Source: Lingula anatina (lineage: Eukaryota; Animalia; Brachiopoda). From it: a stretch of 64,000 bases of DNA. The position numbers were made by a program, and so were the translations under genes. The notes beneath the pieces are model-generated. The model was not told the origin of the DNA. It was given only the letters and a program-made list of their open reading frames with translations, and made no database searches. Shown here piece by piece: positions 11,838-26,202 of this stretch; the stretch's first letter is position 1; every line of letters begins with the position of its first letter. The stretch lies in contig CM120649.1 in NCBI GenBank assembly GCA_051362555.1, forward strand, positions 19,668,567 through 19,732,566, written 5' to 3'.

Positions 11838-14800
11838 ATGACAGCTTCGGAGAGGCTCACTGGAATGTGGGCTAACTTGCAGAAGTCTGCCAGGTAGGTT
11901 GGATATTTCACCCCCCTCCTCCCCTCTTCCTCTTCTCCTCTTCTCCCTCCTCTCTTCTCCTTCTCCCTTCCTCTCTTCTGTCCAGCAAATTTTCATTACT
12001 GCTGATTTAAGTATTTGGATGTTAAAAAGTTTTCAGCATGTCTGTTTCAATGAGAATGACTTGCGATACATTAACTTTTTACCATGCCTGCTCTCCATCC
12101 ATTATTTAATCCAATGTCATACATTGAAAGTCTCTTTTTTATACTGAGACCCAGAAAAACATATTCCCAGACTTCACTGTTCTTACTGAAATGCACTCCT
12201 TCACCATTACGAAACTCTTACTTTGACCATGCTTTTAATTAGTTAATTAGATTTCAGAAATGACTCCTACTGTAAGCTAGTTATAACCCCTGGTATTCTA
12301 ATTTGTTGATAAAAGTGACACATTCTCTCTACTTTCCTCCCCTTCTCATGTCCACCCCACAGGTCAGCCGTCCAAGGTCCAGCCCTGTCATCCTGTGAGA
12401 CGGAGCTGCAGGAGCTGATGAAGCAGATCGACATCATGGTCCACAACCGTAGGATGGACTGGGAGAGAGAGGCCAGCGCCCTGCAGGTGAAGGCTGACAG
12501 CAAGGACAAGGAGTGTCAGATCATGAGGGCAACGCTGGAGCAGAAACACAGAGAGGTGGGCTGGATTTTTGTTATTTTATACTGAGTATTGTACCAGCAA
12601 GGTCTGGGAGTTACACACGGTTTACTTATATCTCCAACCCGTCTGGTTGTATTTAATTTTATATCATTTGTTCATGAAGAAAAACAGGCACATACACGCA
12701 CACATACACTTTGTTAAAAAATCTTTTTGGAATACTGGTTCTTGCCATGCTAGTAAGGTACAAAATGTACTATTCCCAGACTTTAGTGGTGGTAAAAAAA
12801 TTCAAACCTTTAAATGATAAAAAGGGGATCACAAATGCCATTGTTTAATGTTATTTTAGATAGGCCAGCTGAGGCAGCAGATAGAGGGGATGGACAGAGC
12901 ACAGAGGGATATGGTGGCCGAGTACGAAAAACAGCTCCTGCAGGTCAGGAACGAGGTGAGTCAGGAAGTAGGTGCTTGGCGTTATTAGGGACATACAGAA
13001 TTCCCTGTAGCAGTCACTCATGTGCTGTATGTGATTACGTGCATGCTGGGTTGAACGTGTGTGTTTGGGTGTAGGGGATTGTGTATGTGCTGCATTGCGC
13101 ACCTGTTTATGTTTTATGTGATGCGAGAGAGAGAAAGAGAGAGAGAGAAGAGTTTACCAGAAACATTTCTTATGAGGTATAAAGAGAATCAGTAATTGCA
13201 TTTATTTCAGCACACACACTTCATCAAAACAGTGTCGTTTGTAGTAATTATTAACTGTCGTAATTAAAGACAAATGTAAATGTGAACACTATTTTTTCCA
13301 GCTGCACAATTTAAAGCGAAGCTATGAGAAGACACAGCGGAAGATGAGCAGGCAGGCCAAGGAGCTGGGCAGAGAGAAAGAGAAACAGTCTGCTGAGGCC
13401 CAGGACAGCATGTCTGAACTGACCAGACTGAAAAGTAAACTGGAGGTAAGAACTAGTACACTGGGGGTGAGTATGGTACAAGTGATAGAAAATCATTACA
13501 GAAAACATACTGACATCCACCTCTATCAAGGTATACCTAAATATCTTCACACTTTTTCCTGTAGGAATGTATACATAAATATCCTCACACTTGATATGAT
13601 ATCAAAATTTTTCTGTCATATTTAAATGTGGCTCAACATTTCATTGGAATATCAAGTACGGCAAACCTGTTTCATGATTTCAGTTGTAGCTTCTATTGAA
13701 TATGTAGACCCAAGTGGTTAGAAAATCTCAATGTCATTCCCCAACCTCTACTGTAATCGTAAATGACATGTTCTTTTTGGTTGTCTTCCAGGAATACAGG
13801 CAGCATTCCCAGGAATGTGAGCTCCAGAGATCCAACTTCACCAGGCAGATAGACAGTCTGGAGGCACAGAGGAAAGCCTTGGCTGAGAAATGTGAACTGA
13901 TGCAGGTAAAGAGGAATATATATATGACCCATATTCATTTCATTTTAATTCATACTAATTTAATGTGAACAACACAGGTGACGGTACATACCCAGGAGGA
14001 GCTATTTCCTCTCTGATCCTCTGTTTTTTGCTAATAAGCTAACTTAATCCATTTAGTTATTATCTATATATTTATAATATATCCATACATTTCCACAGCA
14101 ACAGTCTGCAGGCTACCAGTCTCAGCTGGACAAAAGACAAAAGATTCAAGACTCCTCAGAGATGAGGATGAAGAAACAGTTGGCACAGATGGAGGGACAG
14201 CTGGACAGAGCCAGGGACACTGTGAACTCTCAGGTAACAGTTCACCCCTGTTTTACCAAAAAAAGCCTTAGGTCAGCTTCCCTGACTAAGAACTTGGTTG
14301 CCAAGGTTACATGGTCACATGTACACATCCTGCCCTATCAGGAACAGTGTTACAACACTGTCATGGAAATCCTAGTCAGCTATGCCAGGGAACTGACTTA
14401 AGTTTTTGTGAAACCAGGGCCAGGTTGTTGATGAACTGGCTGCCTGTGCTTTCAACTTTTACTTCACTGGGCTCTGGGACAAGTAGGCCAAAAACTTGAT
14501 GATATGAATCAAAATGGACTATTCCAAAGATGAAATTTACTCTTGAGTGAAAAATTGTCTTGCACAGCTAATTACCAATAGTTAAAACCAACTGGTTGCT
14601 TGAATTTTTGACATTGAACTTGACATTATTTGGACCAGTGACTCGCGACTGCACTCTGATTCTTTGGATTTTCGTCTTTAAATAGATACTGAAATTGTTT
14701 AAGTTTGAGATTGAAATATTTCTGTCTTTAAATGAGATGGACATGCACTGTTTGTAAGAATTGCTTTACATCACTTGACTAATCCTGTTGAATTTTTTTG

Positions 14801-17800
14801 TGAGTTAAGCACACATCTCTAAGACTTGAAACATAGTTTTACTTTTGCTTTGTTTTCACATGCACTCTGCAACTATGTGTTGGTCACTTTTTCCACCAAT
14901 CACAGGATGAGAAAATAGAAATGCTGAAAGCTTCTTTAGAGGAATCAGTTTCCAATCACCAAAGAGCACTTGCTGACAGAGAGGAAATCCAAGAAGAGCT
15001 GAGGAAGTACAAAAATGCCAATTTGGTAAATTGAAGTTATTTTCTTTGTGCCTGCGGTTCCACAGGAATAAATCACAGTATCAGTTATTTGTAGTTAGAT
15101 CACTGCTTGTGCTTATGTTTTACAAACATTAACCAATGTGAAGTGTGTTCTATGAGAAATAAACACTTGAAGATTGCTTTCTGTTGGCACATTAATGTAT
15201 TCAAGAAGGGTGATATCATGTTTGAAAAATAACAGATATGGACAAACTGGACATTGTAAGCTATTTGCCATAATTTCTACAAAAAAAAGCAATTTCTTTT
15301 TGTGGAAAATTTTTAGAATTTTCTTCTGACGTTTTGAATAAGATTTTTTTATAAGGGTGCATCGATTTGGGCAGTAAAGTGCCACTTGTTGTGCCTGCTT
15401 CCAGAGACTAGAGGATGAAAAATCTCAGCTCCAGGCAGACCTGGCGTCCAGAGATCACATGTTACAGATGGCCAGAGAGGACCAGGACTACAAGACAGGG
15501 GAGGCTCAGAGACTGGAGGCCAACCTCAGGGAGAAAGAGGAGTTCATACAGTGAGTTACAGTGGAGAAGTTGTCTGATTTGGCTGTATTCTGGTCCTCAA
15601 ATCAGATTTTGTTCAGGGACCAGATTCCATTGCCAGAGAAACCGTCCAGCTGTCATTTGGACAGCCATTAGAATCGCCAGACCCAACCTCCATATAATTT
15701 AATAGCATGTGCTTAGTATTCGAGAAGAAATGGTTCTTTTTTTCTACTTTTGTAGAATTTCTTAAAATTTTTTATGAAAATGAGAGTTGGAGGGCTGTGG
15801 AAGAAACTGATGAAAAGAAGGATTACAGCAACATATTTTAAATGGTAGTTTTCTATATGTAGAACAATGCAGAGTGTCAACCAGCTTCAGGCCACAGAGG
15901 AGACAAGGTACCTGCAAAAGGAGTTGCAGAATGCCAAGGATCAAATCAGGTGAGATTCAGTCACACTTACTGCTGTCTCATGCCTAACGTAATGTCACAT
16001 CTAACACACTGTCACACCTAACACATTGTCACATCTAACACACTGTCATATCTAACACACTGTCATACCTAACACACTGTCACATCTAACACACTGTCAT
16101 ATCTAACACACTGTCACATCTAACATTCTGCCACACTTTGCATAAATTCACACCAAACACACTTTCACAACTTACTCTGTGATGGGATTTTACTATGGTA
16201 TTCGGCATATTCAGTTTGACAAGGAGTTGAGTACAGCCCTTGACCCAAACATGTCCCAGAATTAATGGGAAGCCTAGGGTTATAGGGTGTGTTATTTGTA
16301 CCCTAACATGCTCTAGTTATCTCTGGTTATTTCAGGTCACATAAAAAGAATGAGAAAAGATTGACGGAGGAGTTCCAGCTTCTGCAGAAGAAACTTCTCG
16401 CCTCTCAGACCCAGTGTGTAGATTTGACAGAAAAGTTGAAGAATAAGGTAGATATCAGATATCCTATTTTTTTTTTCGGTGTTGCTTTTCCAACTTAAAT
16501 GGCCCACAAACCACTGAGCCTTTTCTTCCTACAGTTTTTCTTACAACCCAAAATCATGTCTTATCTAGGTTAGACTTATGTCCAAACTCATGTCAATATT
16601 TCTTTTTAGTTTTTTTTTTGAAATTGGTCTCTGTTTCTGTTAAATACTTTGGCCATTAACTTAGTTAAACTATTTTCTAAAATATATTTCCATCAGTAAG
16701 ATAAACATTTGATACTCTGGGCATTATTGACTTGTTTAAAGAATACGAATGTTATCTCTTTGTTTTGTATTTTATTTCAGTTTGATGCTGTAAGAAGCCA
16801 GGATAGCTCTGATATCAAACATGTCAACCTGGAAGTGGCCAAGGTAAGGAAAAATGGTAATGATTGTAGTTTTAACAGAGATGAGAAACAACCTGATATG
16901 AAATATGTAAATAATGGTGCTTGCAGTTATATCCAGACTTTATAACTTCACTGGTAAAACTGTGGCCTATCACCTCCTGTTCGTCACCTTGAATAGTGGA
17001 TGCTTTTGTCACGATTTAAAACTGCAAAGTCAGTTGCTTTTTGAGTCAAAGTTAAAAGCAGTGCAGTCAGTTACTGTTTCAAAAAACTGACATGCTTCAC
17101 AAGGAAAGTAAAAGGGATGGACAACAAACACTTCTCATAACATCATAAATAATGTCACTTTCTAGATGAAGGACAAGCTTCAGGTGCTGGAGACCACGCA
17201 CACCTCACAGCTAGAGGGGATGAGGAAAGAGCTGCAGGCAGTGACGGAGGAACTCCACCAGAGGAATGTTGCCATGGCAGCTCTGAGTGAGAAAGCCGCC
17301 AGCATGGAGAAACAGTCTCGGGAGGAGGACAGGGCCCATGAGAGACGAGCTGCAGAGCTACAGGTCGGTATCTATCATAGGAAGGGTTGTGGAGGTGACA
17401 AGATGATCTTTGTAGCATTAGGAGGTAAAAGGTCACAGTATACTTATAGATGGAGAAAATGCACTGTTTTGCAACTTAGTAAGATTTATATTATATTTTA
17501 GTGAATGTCTCAGTTCTGTTCTTGTCAGGTGACCAATGCCCAGCTAGAGGCTCTCCGTCTGGAGAACAAGCACCTGCGACAGACTGTGCTGAAGCACACC
17601 AATATGGGGGTGGACGTTGCTGAGGCTGAGGGACATCTGAGGGAACTGCAGAATGCTTACACCCTGTCACTGGCCAAACTAGAGGTGAGACAACTGCCTG
17701 AAAGTTTAATACATTCCCCCCCTTTCTCTCTCTCTCTCTCTCTCTCTATTTATATACTATACTCTCTAGTTATTTATATGCAACCCATACATATTACTGA

Positions 17801-18760
17801 GGTGCAATAAATTCATTGTATTACTGCCTCACTATTCTGCAAGTCATGTCACTGACCAAACTAGAGGTGAGACAGCTGCCTTCAAGTCTAATGCTCTCTG
17901 TCTCTCATACAATTTTTGTACAGTTTCGAGTTATAAATATCCAATCGATAAATATTGCGGAGGTGCAGTAAAGTCAAGGTATTTCTAACTATTCAGCAAG
18001 AAAACAAGGCACTGAAGGCTGACCTCTCCACCCTGAGGTCAGAGGTCAAGGTCATGGAGGAGATGTCACAGCACCAGTTACAGGCCCAGACAGTTGAGGC
18101 TGATAGAACATTTTCAGAGATGCAGCAAAAAGAGGAGAGGTACTGCAAGAAATCAGAAACTTTTATTTACTGTATAAGGCTAATAATAGTGATAATACCT
18201 TGCATTACATATACTGAAGTGTCACATACTATTAGCATCAGGGACAGCTTACTTATCTTAATACTTGTTGACTTTACATAGTTTAAATTTTTCACCTATT
18301 ACACTAAATTGAAGCTATACCTCACAAAGCTTTTCTCAGTGCATTTGATACTGGATTGGATAGTTTTTTCTAAGTCAATTATGTAATATTAAAAAAAGCG
18401 TCTGGGTCATGTTCTTGTTCCATGTTAGGAGGGTCCACCTGGTGCAGGCAGAATATGAAGATAAACTGCAGGCTCTACAGGACAAGTATAACGCAGAGTG
18501 CGGCCAGTACCAAACAGAACTCCACACACTGAAGAGTGACAGGGATAGGCTAAGGGCGCAGCTGGAGGAACAGGCACTGTATCTCAGGAGTGAGAGACAT
18601 TTTCATTTCTCTAACATGTTTTATATGTGAAATTTGATTTTTTCGGCTACTTATGTTTTTTTTATCAAATTGTTAACTGAATAAACATAATAAATGTTTT
18701 ACATGATGAATGATAACAAGTTTTATATCATTAAATTTTGCTTCTACTATTATATCAAGC

Positions 18761-18794
<34 letters not shown>

Positions 18795-19537
18795 AGGTAC
18801 TACGTGTACATAGAAATTATTTACAAATTCTTTCATTTCAGGGCTGACAGGTGAGAACGTGGCCATGTCGCAGTTTGTCCACGGTGTGGACACCATCGTC
18901 CAGAGTCCGCCCAAGAGACTGGACAGTTCTAACGGGTCCTGGCCACCAGGGGGCAGCACACCTAGGGAGTTGGGGACATCCTCCTCCTCGTCAGGACGAC
19001 AGAGGGACAATGGTCACTCTACTGACCGGGGAAGTGGACAGAGGGACAGTTTGACTGACCGCAGTCTGAGGCTGTCCACTGATAATGGTCTTGAGGTGAT
19101 TGCTTGAATCTTGATAATTAGTTCTATGTACCCTTTTTAAAGAATTTAAAGAGCTGTAGTAGCCAAGTATTACTTTTATCCTTACTAAACTGCTTCAAAT
19201 TATACTAAATAGCAAACTTGCATAAATTTTATCACAATTATTCTTTGAATGAAGAAATGTCAAAATGCATTATCATGAGCTGTTTCACATATTAAGCATA
19301 AACAAAAAGATTTGTTCAAAAAATGCACAGTATTTTTCAAAATAACTTCACCAGCATATGAACTGATGACCACTCTTGGTGTAACTTTTCCAGAGACCCA
19401 GTTCCAGAGCCTCCATTTCAGCACAGTTCCTTGCCGAGGAGCAGCAGAGAGTGGATGACTTGGAGCGCATCGTTAACTCCCACATTCAAGATCTCAGGAA
19501 GGACACAGACGCGACAATCAAAAAGTATGTGCGGTGA
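11838..19537 (+). CDS. CEP63: CEP63/DEUP1 family coiled-coil centrosomal protein (probable pre-duplication co-orthologue)
   Basis: Multi-exon gene. The exon at ~12363 reads SCETELQELMKQIDIMVHNRRMDWE, a CEP63/DEUP1 signature. It is followed by LKRSYEK and many coiled-coil exons. The last exon reads SISAQFLAEEQQRVDDLERIVNSHIQDLRKDTDATIKKYVR*, like the CEP63 C-terminal motif. The start codon at 11838 is inferred. Confidence 0.9.
15993..16165. repeat. ~18-bp minisatellite (TGTCACATCTAACACAC) in a CEP63 intron
   Basis: About 9 tandem degenerate units. Confidence 0.85.
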
Positions 19538-22160
19538 GGTGAATTGGGCTTCTGTTTGCCCGCTGTAGTAGTATTATTATCAGGGAGAAAAATAAGGCAG
19601 CAGTATTGGTTGTGATTATTCAAAACTTTCCAGAAAGTGCACATCTGCTGCCATCTAGGAGTATGTACAGTGATGTAGAGTGCTGCCATCTAGGAGTAGG
19701 TACAGTGATAGAGAGATCTTCATTTGAGTGTCCATTTTATCATTGAAAATCATTTGCCAGTGGACTTGGGGGATCTTTGAGAGAATTGCCCTTAGCATTA
19801 TTTAGGATCATCCAAGGAAAAAACACAAGAGATGATGAACAGGTGCAGAACTTGGAATTCACAGTCAGTACTTGTCGTACATGTATCAGAAAAATACATA
19901 CAGGTGCTTTAAAAAAAAAAAAAGATGCGGGCAGATTATATTAACCGTTGAAATTTAACAAGACAGATCTCAAAGAAACAAAGCTGTTCCTCCGGTCAGT
20001 TTCCAAACCAAGAACCCTGTTCCAAGTCGCATATTTTAAGGCACCAGAACATATGAGAATACCATATATGAAGGTATCTGTGCCATAAATCCAAAGTTGA
20101 GAAGACTAAAAGATAAATTTATGTTCTTATTTATTTGACTTTGTATGTAAAAACATTGTCCAGCAATGAAAAGACAGTCGATTTCCTATTCCTTAAGTAG
20201 TCAAAAGTGTGATATTTAAATTGAATCTGTATCGTTTCCTTGAATTTGTGAAGTATTTTTAATTTGACTGAATTTTTGTTGTATTTTAAAAATGTTGAAA
20301 TTTGAAAACATTTTGTATAAATCGACTCAGTTTATGTAATGAGAAGATAGGTTAATAGCACTTTTTAAAAAAAATTATAGTCATCATATATGCTATTTTG
20401 TAACGTATGACATCAAGTGTACTGTTTTAGGGAGTGATACACAGTGTATTTTGAGATGGTAGAGGTGCTGGTCGCTTCTGTTAATCTCAATTTATCCATG
20501 ACATTCAAAAACTATGTATCTATTAGGTTAATCTCATGTTGATCAGTTTCATTAGTTTGAAGAAATTTTTATTTAGATTTCTTGAATGAAAACAATTGCT
20601 GTTTTTATTACCTAAGGTATTTTCATGCTGGTTTCATGGCTAAATTTCCCATTCAAGGTTACAAAAATCTTACATTCTGTTAAAATTTTAGTTTGACAGG
20701 CAGTCTTTGCTGTGTAAAATTGCTAATTTAAACTTTTATCTCATTTTATGAATCTTGTCAAGGTATGGATTTTCACCAATAAAATTGCTCAGTGTTGTAT
20801 TAATATATTTTTTCTTATTTATCTTTAAAATTTTTTTCAAGGTACAGTGGCAGTCATGATTCTATTTAATATTGAATAGTGTCAAGCATTTTTGAAAATA
20901 GTTAAAGTAAACATCACTATAATAGAAATTGGCTTTGTTTATGGTCTGCAAAACAACATACTGAAAAACCAAATTCCAATGATTGTTTAATTATAAACAA
21001 GAATAAGATTTTTCCAGTTATTGGTGGAATCACGACTTTTTCTAAGCCAAAAATATCACTGGCTTAGGCAGCCCCCTGGTCCCCACGCCATACTTTCCAG
21101 CTTTTTCACTAAATAGAAGTCGCCCTTGTATGTAATATAATACCTGAAAGCCAGTGTAGTGCTCCAAGGTAAAATCAAAATGCCATAGACCAGTTTTAAA
21201 TTATCAGACCTAACATTCCCAGATACAAGATTATAATCTGTGATAATTATATAATAGTTTTATTGTTCATCTGAAAAGTGAATCTCACATTCATTCAGGA
21301 AAACACACTGAACTGGTTTATGTAGAAAATACTGTATACCAAAGATACAAAATGAGTTTGAAAAAATATTACATTTACAAAAATAACCATCATAAATTTG
21401 ATTTCATTATTTCTATGCTCAACAAAAAACAGAAAACAAAATACAAAATCAATACAATTGTTTTACAAAATTATCAAATTTCTATAATAAAAATACTCTC
21501 AATAAATATTACAAATACAAATGGAACCAATACAGCTGGACAGGTTCTTAATCTTTTCACATTTAATAACACAACTTAAGCTGCTGGTTGAATATATAAC
21601 ATGCAGATATTTCAGAATTTACAAAAACCTGTTTCATACAAGAAAATCAAAACATGCAAAATGATAAATAAAAGAAATTATATTTGTTTAGTTAAAACAG
21701 TGTATCACTTTTTCAGTGTTTTTCAATATCACCTAATGCATGGATGAAATCGTATTGTTTTGAATAAGATTTTATACATGTTGTATGAAGGTTAACGATA
21801 CCTTGTATTATTTTGATTCCATTAAAAAATTCTGTAATTTCTATAACTTAAAGACGCTGGCAAGGTGAGGTGCATATACACATCATTTTGTACGTAAATA
21901 ATACCGCATCTTTCACTCATGTTACTAAACATTATCAGGCCTGCTATTTACAATTGATATGTATTTCTCTTGTCCACTGATGTTTATATACAAAAGCATA
22001 ATGATTAAATAATATTTTACACTCAAATTCTGTGTAAGTCCTGATTTTTTAGGTGTATTTACAAGTCACTGTCATGTTAGCTTCACATCATGTGAGAATT
22101 ATCAACAAAGTGAGACACACTTGTTGTGGAGCTGTCTGGTCAGTAGAATGCATTACCCCG

Positions 22161-22382
22161 TCACTTCCACACAGGCAAGGAGTTTCTAGCACTGGTTTTC
22201 ACTGTTCCAGGTTTTGGTTTCTCCACCTTCTTGACCTGCTGGCTCTTCACAGCTCTGCCTGGCTGCTGGGACGATTTCTTTCTCTCGTGTGACTTGAAGA
22301 GAAAAAATAAAGAAAAATTTACTAATATTCCTCCTGTTAAACATTCCATGAACCTTTAAAAGTGTACTTAATGAACTTTGAA

Positions 22383-22421
<39 letters not shown>

Positions 22422-23518
22422 GGGGGGGGGAGGAGACTGACACATCTGGGGACACTCTTCTTAACCCCAGTTTCTTACCTGCCACCTTGGCTCTGTCCCC
22501 TGAGAGTAGTTCTGATCAAGTTGTCTCCTGGCCTTGGGACTACTTGACCTCTGGTGACCCCGCCCTGCTGCATGCTGGGAAGGTCCCCTGCTGGGTGGAC
22601 TTTGACCTTGTTGAGATCTAGGGGAAAATTTAACAGATTTCTTTAAACAATTTAACTACATGTAAATCTAGCCTGGCAATAAAAGCAGACACCTCTGTGG
22701 GGAAAGATCTGCAGAAATTCCAGAACAGTGAAAATATTGCAAGAAAACAAAGTAAATCCACTGTTGGAATGTTGACTATGTGAGATCATTAAACAAGTGT
22801 AATAAGAAGCGTTGGAATATCACACTCACTTTATCTAACAAATACACAAAGATTATATAATCATAACCTGGAAATAGCACTATATTACCACTTAAAATAC
22901 AATAATAATAATAATTCCACTTAGATAAACACTCACTTTCCCTGGACACCTCTCAGGTAGGAGATTACTTCCTCACTGGGTTGATGACCTTGACCTTCAC
23001 TGTGACCTTGACCCTGTGGTTCCCCATTCCCCCTGTACACATCCAGTAGTCTGGTGATCTCGTCTACCTGTTCCACAGTGAGTGGGGCTGGAAATTAAGC
23101 AGGTAAATATCAAATGACAACATACATATCACTACACGCAATGTTTAGATATGAATGTTTAGCCTAATATTTAGTCTACTTCTAGAAATCATTGATGTTC
23201 AGCCCAATATATATTTAGCCTTACACCAGATATAGATGTTAAGCCCAGTACTTAGTACACTACTAGAAATGGATGCTGCTTTTCCTTCATTATCAGTGAT
23301 ATGGTGAATCTTTAGTGTTGAAATAAAAACTCTTCACCACCTCTATCCCTAGCAGTCTTGGATAAAGTCCACTCAGACCAGTGCCTACCTTGTTTCAGTG
23401 GAGGTTTCTGCGTCTCTTTCTGGTCTGTGATCACACTCTTCATGAACGCCATGGTGCGCGGTGGAGGCTGAATTAGAAGAAATTACAATACATAAAAAAC
23501 TCATGATTGGCATTTTCT

Positions 23519-23561
<43 letters not shown>

Positions 23562-24370
23562 TAAAAAGCATGTCCAGGCAATGAAGATTGAAGTACTACT
23601 AATTCAAAATCTATTACAATGCTGCAATCAGTGCTGTTAAGAATGTTCAAGTAAGAAGCAGTAAATCTGACGTCAAAAAAGTATATCAAAATTGATGTAA
23701 TTCCTGGTGTGCCCTAATAAAAACTCATTTATTACTAATGTTTATTATGAATATGCGATAAAGACATTCAATTTCTTTCGAATTTCTAGTGTCCCCCAAT
23801 ATAACATGATATTGATCTATTTCTGATATGCAATTAATATATCAATTTGAAAATGACACTTAATGTAATATCTAGTGACCCCTGAGATAATATAATTTAT
23901 TTCTAGTAAGAATGAGATAGATATATTTCAATGTGTTCTAATGTCTGGTGTCCCCCAATATAATATAATATAATATAATATAATATAATATAATATAATA
24001 TAATATAATATAATATAATATAATATAATATAATATAATATAATATAATATAATATAATATAATATAATATAATATAATATAATATAATAATATAATATA
24101 ATATAATATAATATAATATAATATAATATAATATAATATAATATAATATATCACTAGTACGTATGAGATAAAGCTATCCAAATGTGTCCCTTACCCTCCT
24201 GGCGCTGGTCTCTCCTCCTGGTCCTACCCTGGGGTCCTGCTGGGGGGCTGGTACTGGGGCTTTGGACTCATCTGAAATGTTGATTGTATGTATGTATGTA
24301 TGTATGTATGTATGTATGTAGTATGTATGTATGTATGTATGTATGTATGTATGTATGTATGTATGTATGT

Positions 24371-24442
<72 letters not shown>

Positions 24443-26130
24443 ATATCTCCAACATCTTACATCACTCACCATCAAATAATATTTCATATTTTGTCTCTCC
24501 TTATTTTCTTCTCTCCTTCAACTGACAGAAACTCAAATACCTTGGTCCAATTTTGCACTGATCTGTATTAACCTTGCATTCCTCCCAAATCAAGCTTTTT
24601 AAATTTACCAAAATGCAAACCAGTATAAAACCCATTGTAAACTCTACATTTGCTATTATAAACCTAAGATAAGAAAAGAAACAATGTATCAATGTACCTT
24701 GATTGTCATCTTCCCCTGGCTGTGCTGGGTCTTGGAGTGGACTTCCTGGTGACCTGCCTAGCAACTGAAATAATCCGAGGACACTGGTCAAGGTAGCAAT
24801 TGCTCCTGTACAGGGGCCGGTTTCACAAAGCAGTAGTTAGTTAGAACAACTAACTACTGAACTACCTCGCTAACGAGCAAACTTAGCGATTTTCGAGGGG
24901 TGTTTCACGAAGCAGTAGTTAACTCATCGCTAAGTTCAGTCGTAAAGTTCGGTCGTTAGTTCTCTCGTTACTCACCGTAGTCTCGAAACCGTCTGCCGGA
25001 AGTGGAACTCTTGCGTAAAAGTGTCACGAAAGCACTAACTCTCCAATTTTTGGTGGCTGGAAATGCATAAGAACGTCTGCTTTGAGGTCGTCGTAAAGGA
25101 TCTCCAACACCTTTTTGACGCTCTTTTTGTCACAGCTCGGCACAACCTCTCGTAAATTGCATCATCGTGTGTATATTCTTATAGATTCTGCCTTTCATGA
25201 AAACGCCGTAGTCTACGTTGCCGTCTGGCGGTACGGATAGCAAGAAAGGTAGCCGCCATATTGGATACAAAGACAAACGACAGACAACGGTAACTAAGCA
25301 ACCTTTTTATTTCACTCATTACGCATGCGTACGATGAAACTCTAGAGTTAGCGACTGCTCTGACCAGTCGTTAAATATCCAAGGTAACAACGAGACAATA
25401 ACGAGCGAGAGAACTAGCGACTGCTTCGTGAAACGGCACTCTAACTAGCGAGAGGCTAACTACCGATCGCTAACTAACTACTGCTTTGTGAAACCGGCCC
25501 CAGAACACTAGTCTATTACAAGGAATGACCATTGTGGTAAGGAATATATACATTCATGACTGGGAAAATAAGCTAATTAGCAGCACAGCTAACACAATCT
25601 CATCCAACACAATCACAACAAACAAAATCCCAAAAAGCACATTTCAACCCAAAAGAATCACAGCTACTACAAACAAATCCAGCACACCATATTCACAGCC
25701 AGCACAATCTCGCCTAACACAGTCGGCACAATCTTACCTAGCACAGCCAGCACAATCTCACCTAACACAGTCGGCACAATCCCACCTAACACAGCCAGCA
25801 CAATCTCACCTAACACAGCCAGCACAATCCCAACTAACACAGTCGGCACAATCCCACCTAACACAGCCAGCACAATCTCACCTAACACAGCCGGCACAAT
25901 CCCACCTAACACAGCCAGCACAATCTCACCTAACACAGCCAGCACAATCTCACCTAACACAGCCAGCACAATCTCACCTAACACAGCCAGTGCAATCTCA
26001 CCTAACACAGCCAGCACACTGTGCTCCACCTACCACTTTGATATAGTGCCTCAGCTCATTCTGCCTGGATTCATGTGCATCAAATTTGTCCGAGATGTGA
26101 CTGTAGTCCTCAGCTGTCCCTCTGCAGAGA

Positions 26131-26202
<72 letters not shown>

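Noticed and set aside
23903-24181. ORFs with IILYY, poly-I, poly-Y or CV/HT runs (also 25998, 26046, 28626, 36583, 36626)
   Set aside because: These are translations of microsatellites.
25525-26046. 173-aa + strand ORF with QPAQSHLT repeats, and the antisense VLAVLGEI ORF
   Set aside because: Produced by a stop-free 24-bp minisatellite inside a CNTROB intron; no splice or promoter support.
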